Assembly: GCA_030390025.1 (NCBI GenBank)
Contig: CM059432.1
Location: 11,098,001-11,162,000, forward strand
Direction of reading: 5' to 3'
Length of the DNA stretch: 64,000 nt
Origin: Squalus acanthias
Lineage: Eukaryota
Part shown: in pieces, positions 62,130 to 64,000 of the stretch
Position numbering within the stretch: the first letter of the stretch is position 1
Layout: every line of letters starts with the position of its first letter
Made by a program: the position numbers and the translations under genes
The notes under the pieces: generated by a model
Told to the model about the DNA's origin: nothing
Database searches by the model: none
Seen by the model: only the letters and a program-made list of their open reading frames with translations

Positions 62130-64000
62130 AAGAACATAAGAACATAAGAAATAGGAGCAGGAGTAGGCCAATCGGCCCCTCGAGCCTGCTCCGCCATTCA
62201 ATAAGATCATGGCTGATCTGATCCTAACCGCCAATCTACTATCTACTATCACAGAACCATCTCCTGCATCTAACAGAATTGCACACACGAAATAGGAGCA
62301 GAATCAGGCTACACGGTCCCTGGGCCCGCTCCACTACCCACAGGGCCATGACCGATCCGAACCTAGACTCATGTCCAAATTCCTGCCCGCTCCCCGTAAC
62401 CCTTAATGCCCTTTACTTCTAGGAAACTGTCTATTTCTGTTTTAAATTTATTTAATGATGTAGCTTCTACAGCTTTTTGTGGCAGCATATTCCATGGACC
62501 TACCACCCTCTGAGTGAAGTAGTTCCTCCTCATCTCAGTTTTGAAAGAGCAGCCCCTTATTCTAAGACTATGTCCCCTAGTTCTAGTCTCACCCGTCATC
62601 GGGAACATCCTCCCCGCATCCACCCGATCCAACCCCTTCACAATCTTATATGTTTCAATAAGATCTCCTCTCATTCTTCTGAACTCCAATGAGTAGAGTC
62701 CCAATCTACCCAACCTCTCCTCATATGACCACCCCCTCATCCCCGGGATTAACCGAGTGAACCTTTTTTGCACTGCCTCGAGAGCAAGGATGTCTTTCCT
62801 TAAGTAAGGACACCAAAACTGTATGCAGTATTCCAGGTGCGGTCTCACCAATACCTTGTACAACTGAAGCAATACCTCCCTATTTTTATATTCTAACCCC
62901 CTAGCAATGAAAGCCAACATTCCATTTGCCTTCTTAATCACTTGCTGCACCTGCATACTAACCTTTTGAGTTTCGTGCACCAGGACCCCCAGATCCCTTT
63001 GCACTTCAGTACTCTCCAGTTTCTTGCCATTAAGATAATAAATTGCTCTAGGATTTTTCCTGCCAAAGTGCATCACCTCACACTTTCCAGTGTTGTATTC
63101 CATCTGCCAAATCTCTGCCCACTTACTTAGCCTGTCTATGTCCCCTTGCAGGTTTTTTATGTCCTCCTCACTCACTACTTTCCCTCCCATCTTTGTATCA
63201 TCTGCAAATTTTGATATGTTACACTTGGTCCCTTCCTCCAAATCGTTAATATAGATTGTAAAGAGTTGGGGACCCAGCACTGACCCCTGTGGAACACCAC
63301 TAGTTACTGATTGCCAGTCTGAGAATGAACCATTTATCTCAACTCTTTGCTTTCTGTTAGATAGCCAATCCTCTATCCATGCCAGAATATTACCCCCAAT
63401 CCCGTGATTTTTTACCTTAAGCAATAATCTTTTGTGTGGCACCTTGTCAAATGCCTTTTGGAAGTCTAAATACACTACGTCTACTGGTTCCCCTTTATCC
63501 ACTCTATATGTTACTTCCTCAAAGAACTCCAGCAAATTTGTCAAACATGACTTCCCCTTCGTAAAACCATGCTGACTTTGTCCTATTAAATTATGATTAT
63601 CCAAATGTCCTGTTACTGTTTCCTTAATAATGGACTCCAAAATTTTACCTACCACAGATGTTAGGCTAACCGGTCTATAGTTACCAGCCTTCTGTCTACT
63701 GCCCTTTTTAAATAAGGGTGTTACATTAGCAGTTTTCCAGTCTGCCGGGACCTTAGCAAGAATCCAGGGAGTTTTGAAAAATTATTACCAATGCATCTAC
63801 AATCCCTACCGCCACTTCCTTCAAGACTCTAGGATGTAAGCCATCAGGTCCAGGTGATTTATCCGCCTTGAGTCCCATTATTTTACCGAGTACCACTTCC
63901 TTAGTGATTTTGATCGTGTTTAACTCCTCTCCCCCCTATAGCCCCCTGTTTGTCCAGTGTTGGGATATTCTTAGTGTCCTCTACTGTAAAGACTGATACA
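62128..64000 (-). mobile_element. Young CR1 (long-3'UTR subfamily), extends beyond the window
   Basis: Uninterrupted RT ORF; taagaaca tail repeats. Confidence 0.92.
62369..63655 (-). CDS. CR1 ORF2 reverse transcriptase (partial; ORF2 homology continues upstream)
   Basis: 428 aa with [26 protein letters not shown] and an intact C-terminus. Confidence 0.9.
   Translation of the reverse strand: MVGKILESIIKETVTGHLDNHNLIGQSQHGFTKGKSCLTNLLEFFEEVTYRVDKGEPVDVVYLDFQKAFDKVPHKRLLLKVKNHGIGGNILAWIEDWLSNRKQRVEINGSFSDWQSVTSGVPQGSVLGPQLFTIYINDLEEGTKCNISKFADDTKMGGKVVSEEDIKNLQGDIDRLSKWAEIWQMEYNTGKCEVMHFGRKNPRAIYYLNGKKLESTEVQRDLGVLVHETQKVSMQVQQVIKKANGMLAFIARGLEYKNREVLLQLYKVLVRPHLEYCIQFWCPYLRKDILALEAVQKRFTRLIPGMRGWSYEERLGRLGLYSLEFRRMRGDLIETYKIVKGLDRVDAGRMFPMTGETRTRGHSLRIRGCSFKTEMRRNYFTQRVVGPWNMLPQKAVEATSLNKFKTEIDSFLEVKGIKGYGERAGIWT

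Overview
Vertebrate genomic DNA dominated by repeats. The repeat complement (HER1-type CR1 LINEs, Deu-domain/SacSINE1-like SINEs, Penelope pseudo-LTRs, Harbinger and hAT elements) points to a shark or other cartilaginous fish. I recognise no host protein-coding exon. The only host-gene landmark is a CpG-island promoter and probable non-coding first exon at about 38.0-38.4 kb on the + strand, followed by what looks like a long intron. About 16.6-32.6 kb is one nest: L2 > Harbinger > tRNA-headed LINE > near-intact full-length CR1. The four most interesting signals are: (1) a chimeric retrocopy at 16728-17832 whose cargo starts about 30 nt downstream of a TATA-like box in a solo LTR 9-10 kb away and runs into a Penelope hammerhead end, which suggests an LTR-promoted, Penelope-mobilised transcript; (2) two different Harbinger-type MITEs inserted at the same GTT triplet, the predicted cleavage site of the Penelope hammerhead; (3) a LINE with a tRNA-Thr-derived SINE head joined directly to EN-RT, plus short head+tail derivatives; (4) a TTTAAAC slippery heptamer at the CR1 ORF1/ORF2 junction. 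All family names come from motif recognition by eye, not database searches. Boundaries without a TSD or TIR are approximate.
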